Source: Spirochaetia bacterium (GTDB lineage Bacteria; Spirochaetota; Spirochaetia; UBA9216). From it: 64,000 nucleotides of DNA. The stretch spans positions 160,001 to 224,000 of the forward strand of contig OZ223269.1 in the NCBI GenBank assembly GCA_965140585.1, given 5' to 3'. Numbering within the stretch: position 1 is the first letter of the stretch; every line of letters begins with the position of its first letter. Shown in pieces: positions 36,670 to 46,017 of this stretch. Below the pieces are notes generated by a model. That model saw only the letters and a program-made list of their open reading frames with translations. It was not told where the DNA came from and did not search any database. The position numbers and the translations under genes are program-made.

Positions 36670-37215
36670 ATGAAAAAAATTAGAATTATTGTACTTGCTG
36701 TTCTTGCAGCACTTCTCGTTTTTTCCTGTGCCTCAAACAAGGTTGCAGGTGTTCCCGATTTTGTACTTAACCCGCCGATGGCTGATGATGTAATCTACGG
36801 AGTAGGCTACGGAAATCAGTCAAAGCTTTCACTTTCAAAGACAGTTGCTGAAACTAACGCAAGAGCTGACATTGCCAGACAGATTGAAACAACAATCCAG
36901 GCTTCTGTAACTGATTATGCTCAGGAAGCTGGTGTTGATGACAACACACAGCTTATCAGCTTCGTAGAGTCAATCACGAGAGAAATTACCGACAAGAAAT
37001 TAAGCGGTGCAAAACCTGTAAGATTTGAGCAGGATGATGACGGCGGAATCTGGGTTCTTATGCAGCTCGACAAGGCTGAAATGGTAGCTGCTGCTTCTGA
37101 AGCTTTCCAGAGAAATGAAGATGCCGCTTTCGCAGAGTTTAAGGCTGCTCAGGCTCTTGAAAAACTTGACTACCAGCTTCAGAACAATCCTACTGTATCA
37201 GAACCGGTTAAATAA
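36670..37215 (+). CDS. LPP20-family lipoprotein
   Basis: Lipobox LVFS-C, PDFV, YGVG, ARADIARQI; RBS AGGAG; biased codon use suggests high expression. Confidence 0.8.
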   Translation: MKKIRIIVLAVLAALLVFSCASNKVAGVPDFVLNPPMADDVIYGVGYGNQSKLSLSKTVAETNARADIARQIETTIQASVTDYAQEAGVDDNTQLISFVESITREITDKKLSGAKPVRFEQDDDGGIWVLMQLDKAEMVAAASEAFQRNEDAAFAEFKAAQALEKLDYQLQNNPTVSEPVK

Positions 37216-37266
37216 GACTTTTTCTGAATCTATGAATAATAATGCATGTAGATAACATGCAGACAC

Positions 37267-37303
37267 ATAAAGCTGATCATGGTATGATCAGCTTTATTTT
37301 TTT
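37267..37303 (+). terminator. Rho-independent terminator
   Basis: ATAAAGCTGATCAT-ggt-ATGATCAGCTTTAT followed by T-run. Confidence 0.8.
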
Positions 37304-37319
37304 AATTACGGGGGAAAAA

Positions 37320-38693
37320 ATGTCCATCTGCAAAATCAATAGAGAATACTTAAAGAAACTTTCTATAATAACAGTTACCTCAGTTCTGCTTACTGTCCTT
37401 CTAATTTCCTGTGCTTCCGTACCTAAGAAGCCTGACTGGGTCACTAATTATCCGGCAAATCCCGCCTTTTATACCGGAATCGGCTCTTCGAATACCGGAA
37501 ATGAGGCTGAGGACAGTGAAATAGCCCGAAAGAGGGCTCAGTCGAATCTTGCCGCAGAAATATCAGCAGTTATTATGAGTGAGGTTAATTACCGGCAGAT
37601 GGAAGACAGCCGCGGGAATGCTGAAAGCCAGGCTGTTGAGGAGATTACCCAGCTTGTTGAACAGAATCTTAAGGCTGTCGAGACTGTTGATTCCTGGTAC
37701 TCTCCCGATTCGGGATACTGGTACTACATGAGACTGAACAAGTCTGAGTGGCTTCGTATTCAGCAGAAGGAAATGGCGGATATCGACCGCCGGGTTAAGA
37801 ACCTGGTAGAACCTGTAATGTCTAATAATTCAAGGACCATAGCCGAAATTCTACCGGTTCTTGCCGACGGATGGGATATAGTAGCAGAATCAGCCTATGC
37901 AGGAATGATAGAATCCGAGCTTGGAGGCGAGCAGGGGGTTCTTCTTGATCTTCTTGAAAAACAGATAGCAATGTACATTGGCTCGCTAACCATCAGCTTT
38001 AATAATGAAAACGTATCAGCTCAGTCAGGACGGCCTGTAAGTCTTGATTTTGCAGTCAGTAGTCAGAAACCGAATCCACCCGGACAGCTGCAGATTGACC
38101 TCGTATCAAGGAATGATTCAAAGCTTATGATGAGCTGTACAACTCCTTCAAACGGCAGATACGGTGATGCAGTGGATATTTCCGGTCTCGGTGTAGGTAA
38201 AAATTATCTTACTGCTGTACTTAATACTGACGCTCTCGGCCTTGCAGGCGGACGCTTCCAGCTTAATCCGCCGAAGCGCGATTTCCTTGTTGATGTACAG
38301 AAGATTAAGTCGCTGCTTAATATAAGCTATACAGGCGATATTGCCGACATGGAGAACACAAACTCGGTATACGGAACAGTGAAGGCTGCAGTTTCAGATA
38401 CCCTTCCTCTTGAAATTATATCTTCCGGCAGTCCGGAATTTGTTGTTAATTTTACTCTGAATTACCGGAATGCGCCTCCCAACAATTACGGTTTTACCAT
38501 CATTTATGTAAAGGCAAATATTTCCATCAACAGACGCGGAAATAATATATTCACCTACGAAACTGCTGAGGTTAAGGGTGCCGGGCTTGACTGGGAACAG
38601 GCGAATACAAAGGCGCTTGATAAGCTTTTTGAAGAGCTTGAATCCGACAGCGACTACAGCTCAAAGGCCGCCGGGGCATTCACGGTTGATTAA
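37320..38693 (+). CDS. LPP20-family lipoprotein with C-terminal extension
   Basis: Lipobox LLIS-C, KPDWV, YTGIG, ARKRAQSNLA; start placed downstream of the terminator. Confidence 0.75.
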   Translation: MSICKINREYLKKLSIITVTSVLLTVLLISCASVPKKPDWVTNYPANPAFYTGIGSSNTGNEAEDSEIARKRAQSNLAAEISAVIMSEVNYRQMEDSRGNAESQAVEEITQLVEQNLKAVETVDSWYSPDSGYWYYMRLNKSEWLRIQQKEMADIDRRVKNLVEPVMSNNSRTIAEILPVLADGWDIVAESAYAGMIESELGGEQGVLLDLLEKQIAMYIGSLTISFNNENVSAQSGRPVSLDFAVSSQKPNPPGQLQIDLVSRNDSKLMMSCTTPSNGRYGDAVDISGLGVGKNYLTAVLNTDALGLAGGRFQLNPPKRDFLVDVQKIKSLLNISYTGDIADMENTNSVYGTVKAAVSDTLPLEIISSGSPEFVVNFTLNYRNAPPNNYGFTIIYVKANISINRRGNNIFTYETAEVKGAGLDWEQANTKALDKLFEELESDSDYSSKAAGAFTVD

Positions 38694-38714
38694 ATAGACC
38701 TGATTAGGTATATT
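38686..38714 (+). promoter_or_regulatory. Putative sigma70 promoter of the riboswitch/yhhQ transcript
   Basis: TTGATT-N17-TATATT about 11 nt before riboswitch P1. Confidence 0.6.
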
Positions 38715-38725
38715 ATCTGCCACAC

Positions 38726-38763
38726 GGCGGTCGCAGTTCCCCGCCTTAAAAAAACAACGGAGG
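38726..38763 (+). ncRNA. PreQ1 class I riboswitch (translational)
   Basis: GGCGG-TCGCAGTTCC-CCGCC-TTAAAAAAACAACGGAGG: 5-bp P1, UCGCAG loop, A-rich tail running into the SD; upstream of a queuosine-precursor transporter. Confidence 0.88.
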
Positions 38764-38770
38764 CCTTTAA

Positions 38771-39454
38771 TTGAATACTCTTCTCTGGTTTATAATGCTC
38801 ATTATAAACTTCGCAGCAATCATGCTGGCGTACCGGCTTTTTGGAAAGCTTGGTCTTTTTATCTGGATTCCAATTTCTGTAATCGTCGCAAATATTCAGG
38901 TTATCAAAACGGTAGAACTCTTCGGGCTTACTGCAACCCTGGGCAATATTGTATATGCCACGTCCTTCCTTGTTACTGATATCCTGAATGAAAACTACGG
39001 CAGAAAGGATGCCGGAAAGGCTGTGGGGATCGGTTTTTTCGCGCTTATTTCGATGACAGTTCTGATGAACCTTGCCATTCACTTCGTTCCCGACCCAAGC
39101 GATTTTGCACAGGAAAGCCTGTCGACAATCTTCGGTCTTATGCCGCGCCTTGCTCTGGCAAGTCTTACTGCATACGCGCTCTCACAGCTGCACGATGTCT
39201 GGGCCTACAATAAAATGAAGGACCGGAAACCGGGACGCAAATACATCTGGCTGCGGAATAATGTGTCAACCATGGTTAGTCAGCTGATAGACAGCCTCGC
39301 TTTTACGTTAATAGCCTTCTGGGGCGAATTCGAAATCCCGGTACTGATAGAAATACTGATTACAACCTATCTGTTTAAGTGGCTTGTAGCCGTGGCCGAT
39401 ACACCTTTTATCTACCTGGCAAGCAGCTGGAAGGAAAAAGGTAAAGTAGAATAA
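38771..39454 (+). CDS. yhhQ: Queuosine precursor transporter (YhhQ/Vut_1)
   Basis: ANIQVIK, LGNIVY, TDILNENYG, ASLTAY..SQLHDV, LRNNVSTMVSQLIDS, DTPF. Confidence 0.9.
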   Translation: MNTLLWFIMLIINFAAIMLAYRLFGKLGLFIWIPISVIVANIQVIKTVELFGLTATLGNIVYATSFLVTDILNENYGRKDAGKAVGIGFFALISMTVLMNLAIHFVPDPSDFAQESLSTIFGLMPRLALASLTAYALSQLHDVWAYNKMKDRKPGRKYIWLRNNVSTMVSQLIDSLAFTLIAFWGEFEIPVLIEILITTYLFKWLVAVADTPFIYLASSWKEKGKVE

Positions 39455-39482
39455 AAAAAGGCGGGTTGATTCCCGCCTTTTT
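39453..39482. terminator. Bidirectional rho-independent terminator
   Basis: AAAAAGGCGGG-ttgatt-CCCGCCTTTTT between convergent genes. Confidence 0.85.
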
Positions 39483-39503
39483 GTTTATAAATGAAATGGA
39501 TTG

Positions 39504-40136
39504 TTAGTTATCATAAATATATATATTCCCGTTGCTATCGGTAGTTGTATAAACATCTACGGCATTGTCATATTGATAATAAATATAATATTGAGATGAA
39601 GTCAAATAGACGTAATTGTAATCATCAGGATACAGAGTAAATCCTGACCAGGTCTGATAGTTAGCAGGATCGGGTTCTATATATACATTATAGGATGAAT
39701 AGTTAACAAATTTGAAACTATATTCATCATAAGTTGAATTATAGTATCCGTATGCATAATTTGTAGCAGTGCTTGATGAATCCCCTGAAGTATTGAAAAC
39801 AATATAACCATCGGTATCATTGCTTTCAGTCACATAAGCAGCATTATTATATGAATAATCAATATATAAACTGTAGCTGTAGAGGGTGTAGGTTCCATAG
39901 GCGTCAAGGGTAAAAGAGTACCAGTCTTGATAGTCATCAGGTGTTATCTCTATATCGTATGATGTATTATTTGTGAAATAATAATAATAGGAATAATAAT
40001 ATGAAGAATACAATCCATTTGCTGATGTTGATACAGTATCAGTACTGTCTCCGAACAGCAGCATATTTATATCCTTACAGCTGAACGTAAATATAAGTAA
40101 AACCGATATAATTAATAATAAAAGTATTCTCTTCAT
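39504..40136 (-). CDS. Tyr-rich lipoprotein with an internally duplicated domain
   Basis: MKRILLLLIISVLLIFTFS-C; RBS AGGAGG; two copies of F.N.(T/S)SY...I.PD..YQ.W..FTL. Confidence 0.75.
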   Translation of the reverse strand: MKRILLLLIISVLLIFTFSCKDINMLLFGDSTDTVSTSANGLYSSYYYSYYYYFTNNTSYDIEITPDDYQDWYSFTLDAYGTYTLYSYSLYIDYSYNNAAYVTESNDTDGYIVFNTSGDSSSTATNYAYGYYNSTYDEYSFKFVNYSSYNVYIEPDPANYQTWSGFTLYPDDYNYVYLTSSQYYIYYQYDNAVDVYTTTDSNGNIYIYDN

Positions 40137-40241
40137 GGCTGTTTTTCCTCCTGTATACACTTCTAATTATACATCATCTTAAGCCTGCTGTTGACCATTA
40201 TGCTAAGAATTTTTATATTAATTCATCAGGAGTGAATCAAT

Positions 40242-41240
40242 ATGAGTGAACTGCAGAATACTTCCATCGAAATGATTCAGGAATTACCTGTTGAGCTTGA
40301 AAAAATAAAAGCAATAGAACAGGAGATTAGAAAGGTCCTTGTCGGGCAGGATTATCTGGTAAAAAAGCTGCTGACCGGACTTATATGCAATCAGCATGTG
40401 CTTATAGAGGGAGTTCCTGGGCTTGCGAAGACGCTGAGCGTTAATACTCTTTCTTCAACCCTCGGACTTGGGTTTAAAAGAATCCAGTTTACACCCGATC
40501 TGCTGCCTTCAGATATTCTTGGAACTCTTATCTATAACCCGAAAACTGGTGAGTTTTCACCCAGAAAGGGTCCCATATTCAGCAATATCATTCTTGCCGA
40601 TGAAATTAATCGTGCACCTGCCAAAGTGCAGTCGGCACTCCTTGAGGCCATGCAGGAGCGTCAGGTAACTATAGGTGATGAAACATATAAACTCGATACC
40701 CCCTTTATGGTCATGGCTACCCAGAACCCGATAGAGCAGGAAGGTACCTACCAGCTGCCGGAAGCCCAGGTGGACCGTTTCATGTTCAAAGTGAAGATAA
40801 GCTATCCTGATAAGACAGAGGAACTTGAAATACTCCGCTCAATGTCCCGGACAGCGCCTCCTGCCAGGGCGGAAACGGTTGCCTCTGCAGAGGATATTCT
40901 TTCACTCAGAAACTTTCTCGACAGGATTCACATAGAACCTTCCGTTGAGGAGTATATTGTTGATCTTGTTCAGGCTGGACGTGAGCCTTCAGCCTATGGT
41001 ATTGATGCAGGGCATCTGATTAAATACGGGGCATCTCCAAGAGCTACCATTTTTCTTACTATGGCGGCAAAGGCTTCTGCACTGCTTAACCGCCGATTGT
41101 ATGTTATTCCTGAGGATGTAACTGAATCGGCATATGACGTGCTTCGACACCGGCTTATTCCAAGCTATGAAGCGGAAGCTGAGGGCATGAGTTCTGATGA
41201 TATCATCAGTATGATTCTTGCAAAAATACCAAGACCATAA
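40242..41240 (+). CDS. moxR: MoxR-family AAA+ ATPase
   Basis: GVPGLAKT, RIQFTPDLLPSD, LADEINRAPAKVQSALLEAM, ATQNPIEQEGTY. Confidence 0.95.
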   Translation: MSELQNTSIEMIQELPVELEKIKAIEQEIRKVLVGQDYLVKKLLTGLICNQHVLIEGVPGLAKTLSVNTLSSTLGLGFKRIQFTPDLLPSDILGTLIYNPKTGEFSPRKGPIFSNIILADEINRAPAKVQSALLEAMQERQVTIGDETYKLDTPFMVMATQNPIEQEGTYQLPEAQVDRFMFKVKISYPDKTEELEILRSMSRTAPPARAETVASAEDILSLRNFLDRIHIEPSVEEYIVDLVQAGREPSAYGIDAGHLIKYGASPRATIFLTMAAKASALLNRRLYVIPEDVTESAYDVLRHRLIPSYEAEAEGMSSDDIISMILAKIPRP

Positions 41241-41243
41241 ATT

Positions 41244-42128
41244 ATGTCTGCATCGATAGATAAGGAAATTCTCAAAAAGGTAGAACTCATCAGGATTTTA
41301 ACACGGCAGTCTGTTACCTCACTGTTTGCAGGTGAATTCGAGAGTGCCTTCAAAGGTGAGGGCCTTGAGTTTGAAGAGGTAAGAGAGTACCAGCCGGGAG
41401 ATGAAATCAGAGCAATAGACTGGAATGTGACGGCACGGACAGGATTTCCTCATATCAAACGTTACCGTGAGGAACGGGAACTTTCGGTTTATTTTCTTGT
41501 AGATATTTCATCTTCTTCTGACTTCGGTAGCCGTTATAAAAGCCGTGCTGAGGTCGCTGCAGAAATTGTTTCAATACTGTCTTTTTCCGCTTCTCAGAAC
41601 AATGACCGTACCGCTCTGCTTCTTTTCAGTGATCAGCCTGAACTGTTTATTCCGCCTTCGAAAGGCATGACGCATACAATGCACATGGTTAGAGAAATGC
41701 TGGGACATGAGCCGCAGAACCGCGGTACTTCCATAAAAGCAGCCCTCGATTATCTGGGCAGAGTTGCACACCGCAGAAGCGTGGTTTTTATCCTCTCTGA
41801 TTATTATGATGACGGTTTTCTTGATCAGCTGAAAGTAGCAGCACTCAGGCATGATATTGTAAGCCTCTACCTATATGATCCGCTGGAGCGGGAACTTCCG
41901 TCCTGCGGTCTGCTTGAAATGTCGGACCTTGAGACAGGAAGAATGATAACCGTGGATACATCAAGCGTGCGGGTCCGCAAGGCCTATGCTGAAAAGTTTA
42001 ATAAGCGTATGGCAGGGCTGCGTGAGAGCTTCAGAAAATACGGCTGCGATTTTCTTGAGATTGATCTTTCAAAAGAATACATTCATAGCCTTTCAAAGTT
42101 TTTTCTGCAGAGGGAGGCCCGTCGATGA
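41244..42128 (+). CDS. DUF58 domain protein
   Basis: GLEFEEVREYQPGDEIRAIDWNVTAR, VDISSS, LSDY. Confidence 0.92.
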   Translation: MSASIDKEILKKVELIRILTRQSVTSLFAGEFESAFKGEGLEFEEVREYQPGDEIRAIDWNVTARTGFPHIKRYREERELSVYFLVDISSSSDFGSRYKSRAEVAAEIVSILSFSASQNNDRTALLLFSDQPELFIPPSKGMTHTMHMVREMLGHEPQNRGTSIKAALDYLGRVAHRRSVVFILSDYYDDGFLDQLKVAALRHDIVSLYLYDPLERELPSCGLLEMSDLETGRMITVDTSSVRVRKAYAEKFNKRMAGLRESFRKYGCDFLEIDLSKEYIHSLSKFFLQREARR

Positions 42129-43012
42129 ATCTCCGAAGACTGATATTCATGTTTGTCAATGCTGCTATAGTTGCCGCTGTCCTTATTTCATGCTCTAACC
42201 CCTCAGACGACTCGGAATCGGCATCTATTTCTTCTGAAATATATAAAAGCGGCAGCTGTACTGTTGAAATGTTCCTTCCCACTGAAAACCTTTTGTTTGG
42301 AGATACCGCAGAAATAAGACTTGAACTTAGTTACCCGGAAGATGAACACTACATACTGCTTCCGGGTAGGTCTGATGATTCCGGCGGTTCTAACATAATA
42401 CTCAGAGAAGTAATTGAGTCGGAGCCGGTGTATAACGGCGAAGGGCAGGTTCAAAGTACAATTCTTTTTTCACTCGAAGCTCAGTTTCCGGGGGCTGCAG
42501 TCTTCCCCTCAATGACTGTGCGTTTCAGCAAAGATATTACTACTGATCCTGTCAGTATTGATTTTAAATCTGCATTCAGCGGTGATGAAAGCCGGGACAG
42601 CCTGGCTCCGGTTTATATCCCTGAAGATAGCGGCAGAAGAAAAAGCATGATATTGCTTGTTTTCCCTGCTGTTGTCGTTCTTCTGTCTGCCTCCGTAATA
42701 ATTTTTATGAAAGTAAGAAAAAACAGACAGTGGAAAGAACCTTCTGTACCAACTTTTAAACAGCAAATCGAAGAGTTTAAAAAACTGTATATTTCAAAGG
42801 AATTGATATCGGAACCAAAAGAAGCTCTTGTTTTATTGAGGAAACTTATTGAAAAAGCGGACCTCAGAACTTCAGATCTGATCAGGGAAAAATTCGGTGA
42901 TGAATTGTATGCTGCATCTTTTTCCAGGAACGGAGTGCCCGCAGGCAGTGCAGACGCATTAATAAGAGAAATATTTGAACTGCTTGAAGGAGATGTGATA
43001 GATGAACTTTGA
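42125..43012 (+). CDS. Bat-operon hypothetical membrane/lipoprotein
   Basis: Lipobox-like LIS-C, BatD-like beta domain, one internal TM; conserved position between DUF58 and batA. Confidence 0.65.
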   Translation: MNLRRLIFMFVNAAIVAAVLISCSNPSDDSESASISSEIYKSGSCTVEMFLPTENLLFGDTAEIRLELSYPEDEHYILLPGRSDDSGGSNIILREVIESEPVYNGEGQVQSTILFSLEAQFPGAAVFPSMTVRFSKDITTDPVSIDFKSAFSGDESRDSLAPVYIPEDSGRRKSMILLVFPAVVVLLSASVIIFMKVRKNRQWKEPSVPTFKQQIEEFKKLYISKELISEPKEALVLLRKLIEKADLRTSDLIREKFGDELYAASFSRNGVPAGSADALIREIFELLEGDVIDEL

Positions 43013-44084
43013 ATCTCCCCAGGCTCTTTTTCTGCTGGCATTTCCCGTACTGGCATTGTTTCTAAAAATATTAAGTAGTATGAAGCTGCGGCGTGAGGGC
43101 CGTCGACATAATGCCCGGCAGAGTAGGCTAGGCCTGCCTTTCCCGGATACAGGTATTATTGACAGTTCAATGATTACATTGCGGCAGGCATTGTTGTGGC
43201 TGCCGGTTTTTCTTGCGGTTGCAGGGAGTATTCTGCTGATTATAGCTCTTGCAAGGCCGCGGGAAAGACTCGATGAAAGCCGCAAGGTAACAAGCGGCAT
43301 AGCGGCAGAGCTTGTGATTGACCGCAGCGGAAGTATGGCTGCTGAAGTAGAGAAGAGCGGTGCCTATGTCAGAAGAATTGATATTGTTAAGCAGAATATT
43401 CTTGATTTTATTCAGGGAGACGGCAAAACCCTTTCCGGCAGACCTGATGACATGCTCGGGCTGGTAGCCTTCGCCAAATATGCTGATACACTGTCTCCTC
43501 TTTCCCTTTCTCATGATGTTATTTCAGATTTTATAAAAAATCTTGATACTGTAACCACAAAGGAGGAGGACGGTACTTCAATTGGTGATGCCATAGCTCT
43601 AGCTGCTGCAAGACTTAAAACTGTAAACAGCAACAATGATTCATCTAAGGGATATGAAATTAGAAGCAGGATAATAGTGCTTCTTACCGATGGGGAAAAC
43701 AACGGAGGCAAATACTCTCCACGTGAAGCTGCAGAGCTTGCAGCCGGCTGGGGTATTAAAATTTATGCAATTGGTTTCGGAGGTGATGCCTACTATCAGA
43801 TGAGCAGCCTCTTCGGCTCACGGCGTGTACCTGTCGGTTCTGCTGTCGATTCCGCTACCTTAAAAAAAATTGCTGAAATTTCCGGAGGCGCTTACTTTGA
43901 GGCAGACACACCCGAGGATCTTAAAGCCGTCTATGAAGAAATAGACAGCATGGAAAAGTCCGAAATAATTTCAGTTTCAGAATACCGTTACCGTGAACTT
44001 TTCTATCTCTTTGCGATTGCAGGAATAATATTTCTTGCTGCCGGCGCTGTGCTGGATAATACCGTATTCAGGAGGCTTTCCTGA
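43002..44084 (+). CDS. batA: VWA domain protein BatA
   Basis: N-terminal FESP TM, ALARP, MIDAS DRSGSM, GTSIGDA, LLTDGENN. Confidence 0.85.
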   Translation: MNFESPQALFLLAFPVLALFLKILSSMKLRREGRRHNARQSRLGLPFPDTGIIDSSMITLRQALLWLPVFLAVAGSILLIIALARPRERLDESRKVTSGIAAELVIDRSGSMAAEVEKSGAYVRRIDIVKQNILDFIQGDGKTLSGRPDDMLGLVAFAKYADTLSPLSLSHDVISDFIKNLDTVTTKEEDGTSIGDAIALAAARLKTVNSNNDSSKGYEIRSRIIVLLTDGENNGGKYSPREAAELAAGWGIKIYAIGFGGDAYYQMSSLFGSRRVPVGSAVDSATLKKIAEISGGAYFEADTPEDLKAVYEEIDSMEKSEIISVSEYRYRELFYLFAIAGIIFLAAGAVLDNTVFRRLS

Positions 44085-45112
44085 TGCCAGAAAATTTCCA
44101 GTTCCTTGCTCCTGAATCGCTTTTCTATATCTGGCTTCCGCTTGCCTCCGCCGCTGCTGCCGTCTGGGGATTTCTAAGAAACGGGAAGCTTATAAAAACT
44201 GTTTTCCCCCGATACGGTAGCCTTTTGTCAACCCGGCGCAGAACCCGTTTCAGCCTTGTGATAATCCTAAGCTTTGGACTTGTGCTTGCCGTTCTGGCAA
44301 TTGCGCGGCCAAGCTGGAACCAGAAAGAAGTCACGGTATCACGTAAAGGCCGTGACGTTGTCTTTGTTGTTGATGTATCAAGAAGTATGCTTGCCGAAGA
44401 TCTCTACCCGAACCGGCTTGCCAGGGCAAGACTTGCAATGCTTGATGCTCTTGCGGTGATAGACGGTGACAGAGTGGGCCTAGTCGCTTTTGCCGGCAGT
44501 TCGGTAATAAAATGTCCGCTTACACTTGATTACAGTTTTTTCAGACAGGCTGTTGATGAACTGTCGCCTGATTCCGTCTCAGTGGGGGGGAGCATGATAG
44601 GTGATGCCCTCCGTAAAACCATGGATGAAGTTTTAACTGACAGCAATGGAGGATACCGCGATATAATCCTTATTACAGACGGCGAGGATCAGGAGAGCTA
44701 CCCTGTAAAGGCTGCCGAAATGCTTGGAGAAAACAACATCCGGCTTATTGCCATAGGACTTGGTGATGAAAACACTGGAAAGCGTATTCCTGTTACAGAT
44801 GAGAACGGTGAGCAGGTTTTTATGACATATGATGGACGTGAAATATGGAGCCGTCTTGATGCTGATATGCTTCGGACTATGGTTTCCAGAACAGCCGGCG
44901 GACGGTATCTTAATGTGTCTACCGGAAACTTTGATCTTGGAGAGATTTATTCTTCTTTGATTAATTCGCAGGAAAAGCGATTTATTGAAGATGAAACCTC
45001 TATTGTTCATGATGAGGATTTTCAATACTTTCTGCTGCCGGCTGTTATTCTGGTTCTTGTCTATCTTTTCGGCCGTTTAATTCAGGTCCGGGGCAGGGAG
45101 AGAAAGTCATGA
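44084..45112 (+). CDS. batB: VWA domain protein BatB
   Basis: AIARP, DVSRSMLAEDLYPNRL, FAG...CPLTLD, ITDGED. Confidence 0.85.
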   Translation: MPENFQFLAPESLFYIWLPLASAAAAVWGFLRNGKLIKTVFPRYGSLLSTRRRTRFSLVIILSFGLVLAVLAIARPSWNQKEVTVSRKGRDVVFVVDVSRSMLAEDLYPNRLARARLAMLDALAVIDGDRVGLVAFAGSSVIKCPLTLDYSFFRQAVDELSPDSVSVGGSMIGDALRKTMDEVLTDSNGGYRDIILITDGEDQESYPVKAAEMLGENNIRLIAIGLGDENTGKRIPVTDENGEQVFMTYDGREIWSRLDADMLRTMVSRTAGGRYLNVSTGNFDLGEIYSSLINSQEKRFIEDETSIVHDEDFQYFLLPAVILVLVYLFGRLIQVRGRERKS

Positions 45113-46017
45113 GAAACTTTTATCTGCTTTTTGCATGCATTTTTTTCATTGTTCTTCCGCTTTCCGCCGGTGGTTCGCAGGAGCCGGCAAATCCTGAGGC
45201 TCAGGATGTTCAGAGCATGGTGGAGGCGTTCCGGAATTCAGCCGCTTCTGAAGATCCGGGCATCAGCGCTGCAGGCTACTATAATCTTGGTACAAGCCAG
45301 GCAATACTTGCAGATCAGGCTCAGGATGCCCAGGAGAAAGAAAAGATGCTTGAGGATGCACACAGCTCACTTAAAAGGGCTGTTGAGCTTGGTTCACTGC
45401 CGCAGGATGTTCAGTCCAACGCAAGAAAAAATCTTGAAGTTGTTAACAGCCGGTTGAAGCAGCTGCAGGAGCAGATGCAGCAAGAGAACCAACAGCAGAA
45501 CCAGTCCGAAGGCAATGATCAGCAGCCCGGAGAAAACCAGCAGCAGGAACAGACCGGTCAGCAGAGTCCGGGACAGCAGTCTGCCGGTAATCAGGATGCC
45601 GGATCGGGGCAGTCTTCTGAAGGAGGCAGTTCAGATCCGGGGGAACTGCTCCAACGTCAGCAGGATATTACCAGACAGACCGAAAAGGGTGAGGGTACCG
45701 ACAGCAGCCTCTCTCAACAGCAGAACGATCTTCAGAATCAAACCGAAGGCGCGGCCGGGAGCGACGGTGAAACTTCGGAACAGCTTAAAAAAGCAGCATC
45801 TGAACAGGACGCTGCTGCAAAGGCTCTGGCTCAGGGGGACAGAGAAGAGGCTATAGAGCATCAGAAGGCTGCGGAAGAGGCTCTGGCTCAGGTTGTCGCA
45901 ATTAATGAGCAGCAGGGGGAGGCTGAGGACATCCTTGATATGGAATCGGAGTATGAGGCAATGAAGAACAGACTTGATAAAACCGGGGGCATACGAAATG
46001 CAGATAAAGACTGGTAA
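45109..46017 (+). CDS. BatC-like TPR protein with Gln-rich linker
   Basis: YYNLG, ARKNLE, Q/E/G-rich region, C-terminal KDW. Confidence 0.7.
   Translation: MRNFYLLFACIFFIVLPLSAGGSQEPANPEAQDVQSMVEAFRNSAASEDPGISAAGYYNLGTSQAILADQAQDAQEKEKMLEDAHSSLKRAVELGSLPQDVQSNARKNLEVVNSRLKQLQEQMQQENQQQNQSEGNDQQPGENQQQEQTGQQSPGQQSAGNQDAGSGQSSEGGSSDPGELLQRQQDITRQTEKGEGTDSSLSQQQNDLQNQTEGAAGSDGETSEQLKKAASEQDAAAKALAQGDREEAIEHQKAAEEALAQVVAINEQQGEAEDILDMESEYEAMKNRLDKTGGIRNADKDW

Noticed and set aside
37242-37319. ORF-track N-terminal extension of the second LPP20 protein
   Set aside because: It spans a terminator hairpin, and the signal peptide begins later
45460-45800. CAG-rich repeat-like tract
   Set aside because: Low-complexity Gln-rich coding linker of BatC, not a tandem array or CRISPR
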